From: Pristiophorus japonicus
Taxonomy: Eukaryota
Assembly (NCBI RefSeq): GCF_044704955.1
Contig: NC_091982.1
Coordinates: 256,432,001-256,496,000, forward strand
Length of the DNA: 64,000 nucleotides
Direction of reading: 5' to 3'
The notes beneath the pieces are model-generated. The model saw only the letters and a list, made by a program, of their open reading frames with translations, searched no databases and was not told the origin of the DNA. Numbering within the stretch: position 1 is the stretch's first letter; every line of letters starts with the position of its first letter. A program made the position numbers and the translations under genes. Below are positions 26,101 to 39,300 of the stretch, in pieces.

Positions 26101-27324
26101 GAGGGGGAGGGAACATAGAAATCCTGCAAAGCTACCATATAGATAGCAAGAGCTTTTTCCTATTTTCCATTTTAATTTTTCAACACACTCCAGTTCCATC
26201 TCTTTATCTGTAGGCTCCCTTATCCCACATTACAAGTTGTTTACTATACTTGCAATTATTTCACCTCATTTCAGAATTCTAAATAGAGGAATTATGGAGA
26301 TGGCTAATATGCAATAATAAAGATTCATTCTAACTTAGGCAAAACTTCAGAGAATAGCAGAATGAAACAAAAAAGTGATAAAGCATCAATTGAGCTGTCC
26401 CCCCCCCTAATTTTCAATGTGTTTTAAACTGATTTTCTACCAGCAGAGGCTGTATTTTAACTGTTTACTACTCAGATTTTTAATAAAATTATGGTTATTT
26501 TGGGATAATGTATAATATCATTTTAAAGCATTTTTGCATTCTCTCTGTGCATGGTGCTTATATTGACCTATTTATAATGTTCATATATTAATGGGATAAA
26601 TTATTATTTTTGGAGCCTTGTAAATTTGATTGCAGATTGCCTGTAGGCTGCATTCTATCACTGTGTTTAATGTTGAATAAAGTACAGTGGGCTTGCTGTT
26701 GAATGCTTCCACCTGCCTAGTCCATAAAGTACCTAGTCTATATTATAGGTAATTTTCAAAGCATGTCGGTGGGTGAGAATATAGTTGTAATACTCCTTGC
26801 ATATTTTCATACTCCCATACCTTCGTTGTACCTTTATCCAGTTGTTCTCCCTCTTGTGATACTTGGGGAGGTGACACATCACTATAATCATATTTGCATG
26901 CATTATACACAGTAATTAAAAGAAAAATCAGATCCCATGCAGAACTAGGAATCAAGCTTATCAGGGAGAAAAAAAGTGAGTGAGTGGAAACCTGCTATAA
27001 GGAGTGGGTGGGGTCGGGTAAATGCCAGTAAGTGGTGGCCATATGGAATTCAACAGAACAGTTTATGATCTTAATTGATGACAAATAAGTTTCCCTGCTC
27101 AGCATTGCTTTTAAAGTTAGATCAAAGCCATGAGCTACATATTGGAACCCAGGTGTAATGGCTAAGTTTTGCCCTTTCAGTATTTCAAAACATCAGATTC
27201 ATCAAATTAGAATGGGAACTCAACATCCTTCTGCAATACAAGATTAATTTACAATATTAAAGTATGTGTCAATCAGAAAGCAAACTAAAATAATTAGCAA
27301 CATTAACATATCAAAGTGATCCAA

Positions 27325-27925
27325 CCATCATCATAATCATAGGCAGTCTCTCGAAATCGAGGAAGACTTGCTTCCACTCTAAAAGTGAGTTCTTAGGTGA
27401 CTTAACAGTCCAATACAGGAATTACAGTCTCTGTCACAGGTGGGACAGTCGTTGAAGGAAAGGGTGGGTGGGGAATCTGGTTTGCCGCACGCTCCTTCCT
27501 CTGCCTGTGCTTGCTTTCTGCATGCTCTCGGCAACGAGACTCGAGGTACTCAGCGCTCTCCCGGATGCTCTTCCTCCACTTAGGGCGGTCTTTGGCCAGG
27601 GACTCCCAGGTGTCGGTGGGGATGTTGCATTTTATCAAGGAGGCTTTGAGGATGTCCTTGAAACGTTTCCCCTGCCCACCTGGGGCTTGCTTGCCGTGTA
27701 GGAGTTCCGAGTAGAGCGCTTGCTTTGGGAGTCTTGTGTCAGACATACGAACAATGTGGCCCGCCCAACGGAGCTGGTCGAGTGTGGTCAGTGCTTCGAT
27801 GCTGGGGATGTTGGCCTGATCGAAGACGCTAACGTTGGTGCGTCTGTCCTCTCAGAGGATTTGCAGGATCTTGCGGAGACATCGTTGGTGGAATTTCTCC
27901 AGTGATTTGAGCTGTCTACTGTATA
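27325..27925 (-). mobile_element. RTE LINE 3' fragment
   Basis: Same family as 21880-23021; (ATG)-like tail at about 27327. Confidence 0.9.
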
Positions 27926-28019
27926 TCAACAGGATGCTCTCTTGCACTGAACAAGTTTCTCGCAAAATTAAAATCAAATGGATAATATATAGGTCACTGT
28001 AAGCAGTTTAAAATAAAAG

Positions 28020-29045
28020 TAGTAGGAACAGGAATAGGCCATTTAGTCACTCAAGCCTGTTCCACCATTCAATTACATCATGGCTTGTTTGTGATCTAAC
28101 TCCATATACCCGCCTTAGCCCCATATCCCTGAATATCTATCAATCTCAGATTTAAAATTAATAATCTAGCATCAATTGCCATTTGCAGAAGAGTTCCAAA
28201 TGTCTACCACTCTTTGCGTGTAGAAGGGTTTCCTTACTTCATTCCCGAAAGATCTGGCTCTAACTTTTAGGCTATGTTGCCTAGCCCTAGACTCCCCAAC
28301 CAGCAGAAGTAGTTTCTATTTACCCAATCAGTTCTCCTTAATATCTTGAAAACTTCAAATCACCCTTTAACCGTCTAAATTCCAGAGAATACAACCATAG
28401 TTTCTGTAATCTCTCCTTGTAATTGAACCTTTGAAGTCCAGGAATGATTCTGGTAAATCTATGCTGCACTCCTTCCAAGGTCAATATATCCTCCCTCAGG
28501 TGTGGTGCTCAGAACGGCTCACAGTGCTCCAGGTGGGGTCTAACCAGGGCTTTGTACAGCTGCAGCATAACTTCTACCCACTTGTATTCTCGTCCTCTGG
28601 ATATAAAGCCCATCATTCCATTAGTCTTTTTGATTATTTTCTGTACCTGTCCATGACATTTTGATGATTTATGTTCATGGACCCATAAATCTCTTTAGAC
28701 CACTACCGTTTCTAGCTTTTCACCATTTAGAAAGTACAGTACTGTGATCAGTTCTTTTTAGGTCTAAAGTGGATGACTTCATACTTGCCTATATTGAAAT
28801 CCATTTGCCACAGTTTTGCCCATTCACTTAATCTATTAATAACTTTGCAATGTTATGCTTCCATCTACACTGCTTGACAATGCCACCCATCTTTGTGGCA
28901 TCGGCAAACTTGGATATGTGGCTCTCTATCCCATCTAAATCGTTAATAAATGTGAACAGTTTAGGCTCCAACACAAGTTTATATGGGACACCACGAGTCA
29001 CATCCTGCCAATTAGAGTACCTGCCCATTATCCCTACTCTGTCTC
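28020..29045 (-). mobile_element. Old CR1 fragment
   Basis: ISKFADATK and RALVRPHLE-like remnants. Confidence 0.75.
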
Positions 29046-29444
29046 CTGCAGCTCAGAATAAAACATATCGTCTGAAAATTGTAAAATAAAGTGTCACTTA
29101 AATGTACTTTAAACATTACCATGTTCTTGTAAAAAATCTGTACTTAAACCTGAAATCATGCCATCAAGGTTGCCTGAAAAGGTTTTCTTTACCTGTATGG
29201 CCAGGAAAGGGAAAGACAACAGATGTTTGAGCAATATCATCACTGGTTTCAGCAACTAATCCTGAATAAACTAAAATGGTCATCTCGATGAGCTTTTCCT
29301 GCACCAAATATTTTAATTAGTTCAAGGATTAAAAAAAATGTTTCCTAAACAAATGTCAAATTGAAATGATCCTTGCATTTTAACAGCTTTAAATTAAAAA
29401 GCAGTTACCAGCACAATGCAATTCCAGCAATGGTAGTATGTTAC

Positions 29445-29905
29445 ATAGAAAATACAGCACAGAAACAGGCCATTCGGCCCATGCTGATATTTATGCTCCA
29501 CTCAAGCCCCCTCCCATCCTTCCTCATCTAACTCTATCAGCATTACCCTCTATTCCCTGCTCTCTCATTTGCTTGTCCCTGTGGTAGCGAGTTCCACATT
29601 CTCACTACTCTCCGGGTAAAGAAGTTTCTTCTGAATTCCCCATTTGATTTCTTGGTGACTATCTTACATTGATGGCCTCTAGTGTTTCTCTTCCCCACAA
29701 GTGGAAACACTTTTTCTGTGTTTACTCCAACAAAACTGTTCATAACTTTAAAGACCTGTATTAGGTCACCCCTCAGCCTAGCTGGTTCATCCTTTCATGA
29801 TAGGTATAACCTCGCAGTTATGGGATCACCTTGTAAATCTTTTTTGCACCCTCTGCAGTGCCTCTATATCCTTTTTTATAAAATGGTGGCCAGAACTGTA
29901 CACAG
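29445..29905 (-). mobile_element. Old CR1 3' fragment
   Basis: RRNFFTRRVVRMWNSLP remnant. Confidence 0.7.
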
Positions 29906-29968
29906 TAGAAGGATACACCTTCCCTCAAATACTTTTGCAATAAATATTGAAAATTGATTTTCAATGTC

Positions 29969-29974
29969 TTTATT
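29969..29974 (-). terminator. Candidate MRPL44 polyadenylation signal
   Basis: AATAAA on the minus strand about 100 nt after the stop codon. Confidence 0.6.
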
Positions 29975-30071
29975 ATAGCTACAGAATGATGAACATGTGC
30001 ACAATGGTTAAAGTCCCATAAACAGAAATAATATTTGGATGATGCGAGTCACATAGATTGAGTCCAGCACA

Positions 30072-30240
30072 TTAACCGCTCAGAGCCTTGTTTGCCACAG
30101 GTTCCTTTGTGGGGCTGGAGTAATTCCAAGGTCGCCTGTTTTCTGTATGGCCATAAATCTTACGCAGTGCCACTCGTGCTGCCTCTTCTTCAGCTGACAG
30201 CACTGTTTCACCAGGTCCTTCTGCGATAAGCTGCTTATCA
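30072..30240 (-). CDS. MRPL44: Mitochondrial ribosomal protein mL44, exon 4 (terminal)
   Basis: [41 protein letters not shown]; AG acceptor and TAA stop. Confidence 0.95.
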
Positions 30241-31149
30241 CTGCAACAAGACATTGGACATCGGTTAGTACTAGCACTTCCAGGCCAGGACTTTGTCATT
30301 TCCAGTATAAATGCATGATAGATGCCATTGCTGATTTAAAACCAACTATAATTTGACAAATTGATGAGTTACTTGTTATATAAAACTTGAACAGTACAGG
30401 GTTCAGCAAGTAACAATTTCACAAACCATTCAACTTCATCTAGCCCAGTCAATCGGAAAAAATTTAGTTGCTTAGGCAAGCTGAACTAAACCTTAAATTG
30501 AAAATCCATGCCTGGAAAGTTGAAAGTGTCCAAAGGGCATCTTAGTTTTGGATCAGACTTTTATTTTTGAAATAAATTACAAATCTAGAAATATTTAATA
30601 CATACATTTTTGAATCACCTTGGAGAACAGATTTTTCCGCTTAAACAGTAATGTATTTTTTTAAGGCGTTGCTCACCTTCCCCCACTCTATTGTAAATGA
30701 ACACAGCAGCTGCAGCTCACTCTATCCAATATCTTCCATCTACTTTCCTCACTCTCCATTAGTTAGCTCTTTTATCTCTATGTTGTGGTTGTCACAGGCC
30801 AATTATCACCAAGAAATCACTGCACGAGTTCAAGGCAGTATCCTCGGCCCAAAAACTGTTAGCTGCTTCATTAGTGATCTTCCCTATTACAAGGTTCGGA
30901 GTTAAGCTGCTCACTGACTGACTCTCAGTATTCAGCTCCATTCACAACTTCCCTGATAATGAAGCAATCCGTGCCAAACTACTGCAAGGCCTAGACAGCA
31001 TGGACTGACAAGTTGCAGGTACAACAACCAGCTCCCCAGATCTTCACGCCACCACCACTGGCACACTTGTAACTACAGTATGTATCATCTGAAGTGCAGC
31101 AAGTCACCAAGCTTACATCGACAGCGCCAGCTAGCCCTGAAGGGTCTAC

Positions 31150-31513
31150 TGATAAGAGAATTCAAACAGGCTGTTATTTAGACAGGCTATGAAAATTCAC
31201 AGACACCAAGTCAGAGATGCTACGTGAGTGGGAGCATGTTGCATTACGTCATCAATCAACTTGACATTTTAGGACCTTTGGGTAGTGAGCCAATTAAAAG
31301 GTTAAAAGACTATTAACTGAGCCAATAAGGTCAAAGAAGGCGAGTTCTTTTCTGTAAATTGATCCAGGTATAATTACAGCCATTTTGACCATGTGGTCTC
31401 AGAAGGACAAAGACCTGGCTTAAAGCCAAGAGCTTGTTGCTGTCTGCCAAAATAAAGTGACATTAAAACTACAATCGGAGTTCGTATTTCATTGGAAATT
31501 AAGAGATCTAACA
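31150..31513 (+). mobile_element. Solo LTR (364 bp) in MRPL44 intron 3, antisense to the gene
   Basis: TG..CA termini, 5-bp TSD TCTAC, two GAGCCAAT boxes, a TATA-like motif and AATAAA. Confidence 0.8.
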
Positions 31514-32541
31514 TCTACCATGGAGAAGGACAAGTAACACATCATTTGGGCATATATCACCATTTCTTTATTGTTGCTGGGCCAGAAGCCTAGGACCCCC
31601 GATCTACACCAATACAGGAGTATCAACACCAAGAAGGTGGCCCACCAACACCTTATCAGGGAACGAGAAATGGGCCAGGAATATGATCTTGCCAGCAATA
31701 ACTACATCTTGAGAACCAATAAAAAACACAACAAACCCTTCCCAGAAACGTGATGCTGTATAAAATGTAGACTGCAATGTGTGCCTGGCAATGGCACAAA
31801 GTGACGTGTTCTTTTATTGTTAAGTAACTTATGTCTTGGGGAACAAACTAAGAACAGAACTTATTTCTTCCCACTCCATGGTCAGTGAATCAGCATGTCA
31901 CCAACACAAGGTTTTAAACATTGTTTTAAACATGAGCTTTGGCAGCTGGCCTTCTTTAACTGGATCACTTCTTAAAAATAATGCAACTGTGTGTTCTAAG
32001 AGTTTTCACCATGGTTCTTCGCCCTTTCACCACGTGAATCAGCAACACTGAAATTCTCTCCCATCACATCACATCGAATTGGCAAACAAACTACCCCCTA
32101 GTTTCAAAGAAACTGTTCACCATAACCACATCCGCATCCAATCAGCAGCCACTAAATCGCCCTTCCACTTAGCGACCCACAAATCCTGCTTCCACCAATC
32201 AATAAATCTGAAGTCTCTCCGCCCTTCCCGGCACCCGATCTTTCTAATTAGCAGTTTCCAAGGTTTCTCTCACTGTTCTAAACAGCTGAAATTAGGCTTC
32301 CCCATTCTATGCCAGTCAATAGTTTCCAAACTTCTCAATAACTCTTCAGTACACTATACTACAGTCAATGCTTTACAGCCCATTCGCACTACTGGCAGGA
32401 AAGAACATATGAACATACGAAACTGAATAAGAAGATTATAATCCCATGCATTTTTACAGCAGTTCCTTTAGGATGTGTTAGCTTTATAAGGTTATAGTTC
32501 ATAGCTGCTCTGCAATATGTTGCCCAACATTCAGCTTTTAC

Positions 32542-32720
32542 CTGTATAGTCCAACGAAAAACACCGGGAGCACAGTACCGGCTCCAGACTGCCTGGTCAT
32601 TCTGGACTCAGGAAGAGATACCTTCCTCTTCTTCAGCTCTTCCACCAACAGTCCCATGGGATTAACAAGGGGCCACATTTCAAACAGATCTTTGCCAATA
32701 AGTTGAGTAATTAGGAAGTC
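32542..32720 (-). CDS. MRPL44: MRPL44 exon 3
   Basis: [44 protein letters not shown]; AG/GT boundaries, 179 nt. Confidence 0.95.
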
Positions 32721-32919
32721 CTACAAGAGACCAAATAAATTAGAAAGTACATTTTACAGAGTAGATGCACTATTCTAAAGTGAAGGCAGAAACAAACAGT
32801 CCAGGAACTGTTAATAGGATTACATACATAGGATTACATAGGATATATGGCACAGAAACAGGCCATTTGGCCAAACAGTCCATAGGTTGAATGATTTGTG
32901 AATGTGTAACAATAGGAGG

Positions 32920-33290
32920 CTAAGAGGAGATGCGATAGAGGTGTTTAAAATCATGAAGTAAATAAAAAGAAATGGTTTCCAGTGGCTGAAGGGTTAATAA
33001 CCAGAGGGCACAGATTTAAGGTGATTCGCAAAAGAACCCGAGGCGACAGGAGGAGAAAGGGTTTTTATGCAATGAGTGATTAGGATTTGGAACGGACTGC
33101 CTGATAGGGTGATGGATACAGATTCAATAGTCCTTCAAAGGGGAGCTGAATAAATACTTGAAGAAAAAAGTGCAGGGATATGGGGAAAGAGCGGAGAGTG
33201 GGACTAACTGGATTGCTCTTCAAAAGAGCGGACGCAGACGCGATGGACCGAATGGCCTCCTTCTACGTTATACTATTCTATCATTCTATG
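32920..33290 (+). mobile_element. Old CR1 3' fragment
   Basis: Degenerate CR1 end with an ATTCT tail. Confidence 0.65.
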
Positions 33291-34959
33291 ATAGTTAATT
33301 TGTATCATTCTGGTCGCACTGGACAGGAAAGAGGCAACATGTATTACCATGCTTATGACATTACTGGTCAAAAACAGCATCCACTGTTAGACACGTCACT
33401 TCCAGTGTCAGGTCGAATAGTACACAGCAGCGTATTGAGTCACAACAGAAACAGTCCAGTGTTACACAAACATACGCTGACCTGATACAGGTTTGGCAAT
33501 GTTCGTTTGTTTTACTAGTCCCCTCCACACATTAACTCAGCTGATAGCTGCATGTTATCAAGTTACAAAATGCCTTTGTATAGAATGAAATACTTCCCCG
33601 TTTAATGCACTCCCTTTTAAACACATTTGCCAGTGCATGGAAAGCCTTCAATTCGCCAGTGATTATCATTTCAATATTTTGTGGCTTTGGCAGAAAAGAA
33701 AAGGAATTATGCGACATAGAGTAATCTACAGAACAGCATAAAGGATTTCATGAAGGTTGTTATGCATTACAAATTAATTTAAAAAACCTTTGGAAAATGA
33801 TAATCAGAATGGAAAATACAGATCATCTTTTTCCTTTGAATGTAAGATGACTTTTGTGCTTATGTACCACAAAGTATACCAGTACTGAAAACAATACTTT
33901 CACCATCAAGCATTTTCAGATTCAATAGTCGAAAGAGAAACTATTGACTAGTGGGACTGGCAGGTGGTAAGGGAGGGTTGCGGAGGTGGACTTTTTGGGT
34001 CGAAGCTGGTTCCAAAACACTGCTGAAGCACAATTGGAATCCTCCATGGTAGATCCGCTAATCCAATACCTGATCCAGGCAGATAGGCAGTACTTCAGGG
34101 CACTATGTTAGCCCAGCTCAGACCCAAGGGGTCGACCTGTCATGGAACTCTTCCAATTCAGCTCGATATTAAATGAAAGCCAAAGCCCTAATGAATAAGG
34201 TGATCGTAGTTAGACAAGCAACAGGAAGCTTAACAGTCCTCTGTGCTAGTAAACTGCAAGGATTTAGCTGGTTGATTGTGCCTACATACATACTACAATG
34301 GTAGTGTCAAGTGTGACATAATTTGTAATCTACAGAACAGCAAAGGAGTTATGCATTGCAAATCAATTAAAAAAAACCTTTGCAAAATGATAATCAGAAT
34401 GGAAAATACTGATCATCTTTTCCTTGGCGAGTAAGTTTGTTTCCACAAGTGTGAAGTTGCTCTGCTTTGCACAGATGTTAAGGAATTGCAATCTAAATCC
34501 AGGGCCAAGTCAGGCCCAGACTCGGAATTTACACTTCAACTTCTTAGCATTGGTTTGAAGTAAAAGCACTTAGTGTTGACTGTACAGTTGAGTGTAAATG
34601 CAACACGAGACGGCCCAAATTCATTTTACTTATAGACTCTTATAGCTAACTAAGGAGATTTTAGTTCCTTCACTCGGGGCTGAATTTGAAATTCAGGTTT
34701 GCCACACAGTCCTCCTAGAATAGAGGCATTTTGTTTTAATTATGCCAATTTTCTCCCCTCCCCCTCCCCCTCCTAGAAACATTGGAAAATGGTTGTTAGG
34801 TGCCCTTCAGTGCTTTGACTGTAACTACTACTCATATACTGGGACTTTGAATACAGTGCACATTAATGAGATGAAACGACTCGAGTGAAGTGAGTATGCA
34901 GTAGTTCCAACCCTATTCCAGTAGACAGCAGCATAAAACTGTCTACAATTCAGCAATCA

Positions 34960-35275
34960 TAGAACATAAGAAATAGGAACAGGAGTAAGCCATTCCACCC
35001 CTCGAGCCTGCTCCGCCATGCAATGAGATCATGGCTGATCTTCTACCTCAACTCCACTTGCCCGCACTATCCCTATATCCCCCGATTCCCCCAATATCCA
35101 AAATCTATCGATCTCAGCCTTAAATATACTTAACGACTGAGCTTCCACAGCCCTCTGGTGTTGAGAATTCCAAAGATTCACCACCCTCTGAGTGAAGAAG
35201 TTTCTCATCCTCTCAATCCTAAATGGCCAACCCCTTATTCTGAGACTGTGACTTTGGTTCTAGGCTCCCAGCCAG
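34960..35275 (-). mobile_element. CR1 3' fragment
   Basis: CR1 3'UTR plus the last ORF2 codons. Confidence 0.8.
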
Positions 35276-35933
35276 AACGCAGAGAAGCCACAAAGTTGGC
35301 TGATATAGGAAGTGCTACTGAGTTTTGTGGTTAAAGCACATTCTTGGGGCAAAATAGAGGGAGTTTTACTCTGCATCTGGCTTGCTGTACCTGCTGCAGA
35401 ATAAATTTAATGCTACATGGTAGTAGTGGAAAAAACATTTCATTCCCCATTGCTGACATCTCTCACCTCACTAAGCACAAACATTCAAAAAAAGGTGTAA
35501 ACTAAAGGAATGGAAAGCTCAAAGTTCAACCAGAATAGATCAACTCTTGCCAAACGTCAAACACAAAGGGTTCCATTGTCCTAGCTCTTTGGCTTCATGT
35601 ATAAATGCAATTTCTCTGTGATACCAGCACTTCTCTTCCAACAATCTTCATTAAAATGTCCCCTCCAATCACTCGATATATCAATGGCTATTTGTTTTTA
35701 AGTCCTTCTGCCCTCTTCACTATTTGTTCAGCCTGACTCTACAAGATCCACGCTATAGAATTTCCGACATAAACCCCCTTCCATACTATCTTCTTTAAGG
35801 ACCAACTTAAAACTCACCACTTTGACCATGTTTTTGGTTACCACTCCTAATATCTCCTTTTTTTGTCTCATACAATCATACAGCACAGAAGGAGTCCATT
35901 TGGCCCATTCTATCTATCTCAGCCTTGAATATA

Positions 35934-36146
35934 TATATATTTTTTTAATTTTTCGTTGCCAATCTTTCCAATTCTTTGTCAAATCACAAACGCCAGAGGT
36001 CACCTTGCACACATCAAGGATCACTCTGCGCCAATGCTCTTCGCCAAAAGGACGAGAGCCACTGCACCATTCCTGGAAGTACTGCAATACCAGGTTCGTG
36101 CCATGGAGGTGGATGGGTCAATCCACCCCACCCACCTCCTATTTCC
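35934..36146 (-). mobile_element. U2 snRNA-derived retroposon (SINEU-like, or 3' end of a larger element) inserted in a CR1 fragment
   Basis: The minus strand contains CCTGGTATTGCAGTACTTCCAGGAATGGTGCA (U2 stem-loop IV) and an A-rich tail. 18-bp TSD atctcagccttgaaYata at 35916-35933 and 36147-36164. Confidence 0.8.
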
Positions 36147-36364
36147 ATCTCAGCCTTGAACATACTCAATGATTCAGCATCCACAGCCCTATGGGTAGAG
36201 CATTCCAAAGATACACAACCCTCTGAGTGAGTAAAATTCCTCCTCATCTCAGTCTTAAATGGCTGACCCCTTATCCGGAGACTGTTCCCCCTAGATCTAG
36301 ACTCATTGAAACATACAAGATTCTGAGGGAGATTGACAGGGTAGATGCGGAGTGGTTGAAAGAG

Positions 36365-39300
36365 CTTTGCAATCTGTTAATAAAGGATGATATCAGGGCA
36401 GTTGTGAGAGACGATATTGGCTCTAATGAACAAAATGTTGAATCATTGTGGGTGGAGATTAGAGATAGTAAGGGGAAAAAGTCACTGGTGGGCGTAGTTT
36501 ATAGGCCCCCAAATAATAACTTCACGGTGGGGCGGACAATAATCAAGGGAATAATGGAGGCATGTGAAAAAGGAACGGCAGTAATCATGGGGGATTTTAA
36601 CCTACATATCGATTGGTCAAATCAAATCGCACGGGGTAGCCTGGAGGAGGAATTCATAGAATGCATACGGGATTGTTTCTTAGAACAGTATGTTACAGAA
36701 CCTACAAGGGAGCAAGCTATCTTAAATCTGGTCCTGTGTAATGAGACAGGAATAATAAACGATCTCCTCGTAAAAGATCCTCTCGGAATGAGTGATCACA
36801 GTATGGTTGAATTTGTAATACAGATTGAGGGCGAGGAAGTAGTGTCTCAAACGAGCATACTATGCTTAAACAAAGGGGACTACAGTGGGATGAGGGCAGA
36901 GTTGGCTAAAGTAGACTGGAAACACAGACTAAACGGTGGCACAATTGAGGAACAGTGGAGGACTTTTAAGGAGCTCTTTCATAGTGCTCAACAAAAATAT
37001 ATTCCAATGAAAAAGAAGGGCGGTAAGAGAACGGATAACCAGCCGTGGATAATCAAGGAAATAAAGGAGAGTATCAAATTAAAAACCAATGCTTATAAGG
37101 TGGCCAAGGTTAGTGGGAAAATAGAAGATTGGGAAAATTTTAAACGACAGCAAAGAATGACTAAGAAAGCAATAAAGAAAGGAAAGATAGATTATGAAGG
37201 TAAACTTGCGCAAAACATAAAAACGGATAGTAAAAGCTTTTACAGATATATAAAACGGAAAAGAGTGACTAAAGTAAATGTAGGTCCCTTAGAAGATGAG
37301 AAGGGGGATTTAATAATGGGAAATGTGGAAATGGCTGAGACCTTAAACAATTATTTTGCTTCGGTCTTCACAATGGAAGACACAAAAACCATGCCAAAAA
37401 TTGCTGGTCACAGGAATGTGGGAAGGGAGGACCTTGAGACAATCACTATCACTAGGGGGGTAGTGCTGGACAGGCTAATGGGACTCAAGGTAGACAAGTC
37501 CCCTGGTCCTGATGAAATGCATCCCAGGGTATTAAAAGAGATGGCGGAAGTTATAGCAGATGCATTCGTTATAATCTACCAAAATTCTCTGGACTCTGGG
37601 GAGGAACCAGTGGATTGGAAAGTAGCTAATGTAATGCCTCTGTTTAAAAAAGGGGGCAGACAAAAGGCAGGTAACTATAGGCTGGTTAGTTTAACATCTG
37701 TAGTGGGGAAAATGCTTGAAACTATCATTAAGGAAGAAATAGCGGGACATCTAGATAGGAATAGTGCAATCAAGCAGACGCAGCATGGATTCGTGAAGGG
37801 GAAATCATGTTTAACTAATTTACTGGAATTCTTTGAGGATATAACGAGCATGGTGGATAGAGGTGTACCGATGGATGTAGTGTATTTAGATTTTCAAAAG
37901 GCATTCGATAAAGTGCCACTCAAAAGGTTACTGCAGAAGATAAAGGTACGCGGAGTCAGAGGAAATGTATTAGCATGGATAGAGAATTGGCTGGCTAACA
38001 GAAAGCAGTGAGTCGGGATAAATGGGTCCTTTTCGGGTTGGAAATCGGTGGTTAGTGGTGTGCCACAGGGATCGGTGCTGGGACCACAACTGTTTACATA
38101 GATGACCTGGAAGAAGGGACAGAGTGTAGTGTAACAAAATTTGCAGATGACACAAAGATTAGTGGGAAAGCAGGTTGTGTAGACGACACAGACAGGCTGC
38201 AAAGAGATTTAGATAGGTTAAGCGAATGGGCTAAGGTTTGGCAGATGGAATACAATGTCGGAAAGTGTGAGGTCATCCACCTTGGAAAAAAAACAGTTAA
38301 AGGGAATATTATTTGAATGGGGAGAAATTACAACATGCTGCGGTGCAGAGGGACCTGGGGGTCCTTGTGCATGAAACTCTTTTGGAGTAAACAACAAAAA
38401 CATTAAACCGTGCCCCCCGATCTGGGGGAACACCAACATTTACAAGGCCCTTTTTTTATTTTTTTATTTATTATATTTTTTGGGGGTTTTTTTGGGCACT
38501 CAAATAATATTATTTTTCCTAAGTGCCCCCTATAAAAGGGGAGGGGGACACTAAAAGCACCGGCAATTAAAACAAATTAACTTAAAAACATAAAATCAAA
38601 TTAAAATTTGGTTGCCGGGCGTGATGATGCACTCCAGTTCCTTGTGCATGAAACTCTTTTAGAGTCTACCTACAAAACATAAAACATTAAACCGTGCCAC
38701 CCGACATGGGTGACACACCAGACATTTATAAGGCCCTTTTTTTCCTTTTTTTTTTGTGTTTTTCTTTTTTTGGGGGGGTTTTTTTGGGCGCTAAAATCAA
38801 ATTTTTTCCAGTGCCCCCTATAAAAGGGAAGGGGGACACTAAAAGCACCGGCAATTAAAACAAATTAAACTTTAAAACGTAAAATCAAATTAAAATTTGG
38901 TTGCCGGGCGTGATGATGCACTCCAGTCCCTCCGGTGCCCACCTCTCGCGGAAGGCCGCGAGCGTACCGGTGGACACCGCGTGCTCCATCTCCAAGGACA
39001 CCCTGGACCGGATGTAAGAGCGGAAGAGAGGCAGGCAGTCAGGTCGAACGACCCCCTCGATCGCCCGCTGCCTGGACCGGCTGATGGCACCCTTGGCCGT
39101 GCCCAGGAGCAGTCCTACGAGGAGGCCTTCGGACTCCTTGTGCATGGAACTCTTTTTGGAGTTTATCTGCAAAAACAAAAAACATTAAACCGTGCCACCC
39201 TACCTGGGTGACACACCAGACATTTACAAGGCCCTTTTTTTTCCTTTTTTTGTTTTTTTTTGTGTTTTTCTTTTTTTTTGGGCACTAAAATCACAATTTT

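Noticed and set aside
33713-34435. Duplicated intronic snoRNAs
   Set aside because: No proper C box (RUGAUGA) with a terminal stem, and no H/ACA hairpins seen.
36036-36146. Functional U2 snRNA gene
   Set aside because: It lacks the Sm site and branch-point recognition region, the modules are out of order, and it has a TSD and A-rich tail.
36227-38011. 594-aa ORF as an active LINE ORF2
   Set aside because: The N-terminus comes from unrelated fragments, the endonuclease is truncated, and a stop and frameshift follow.
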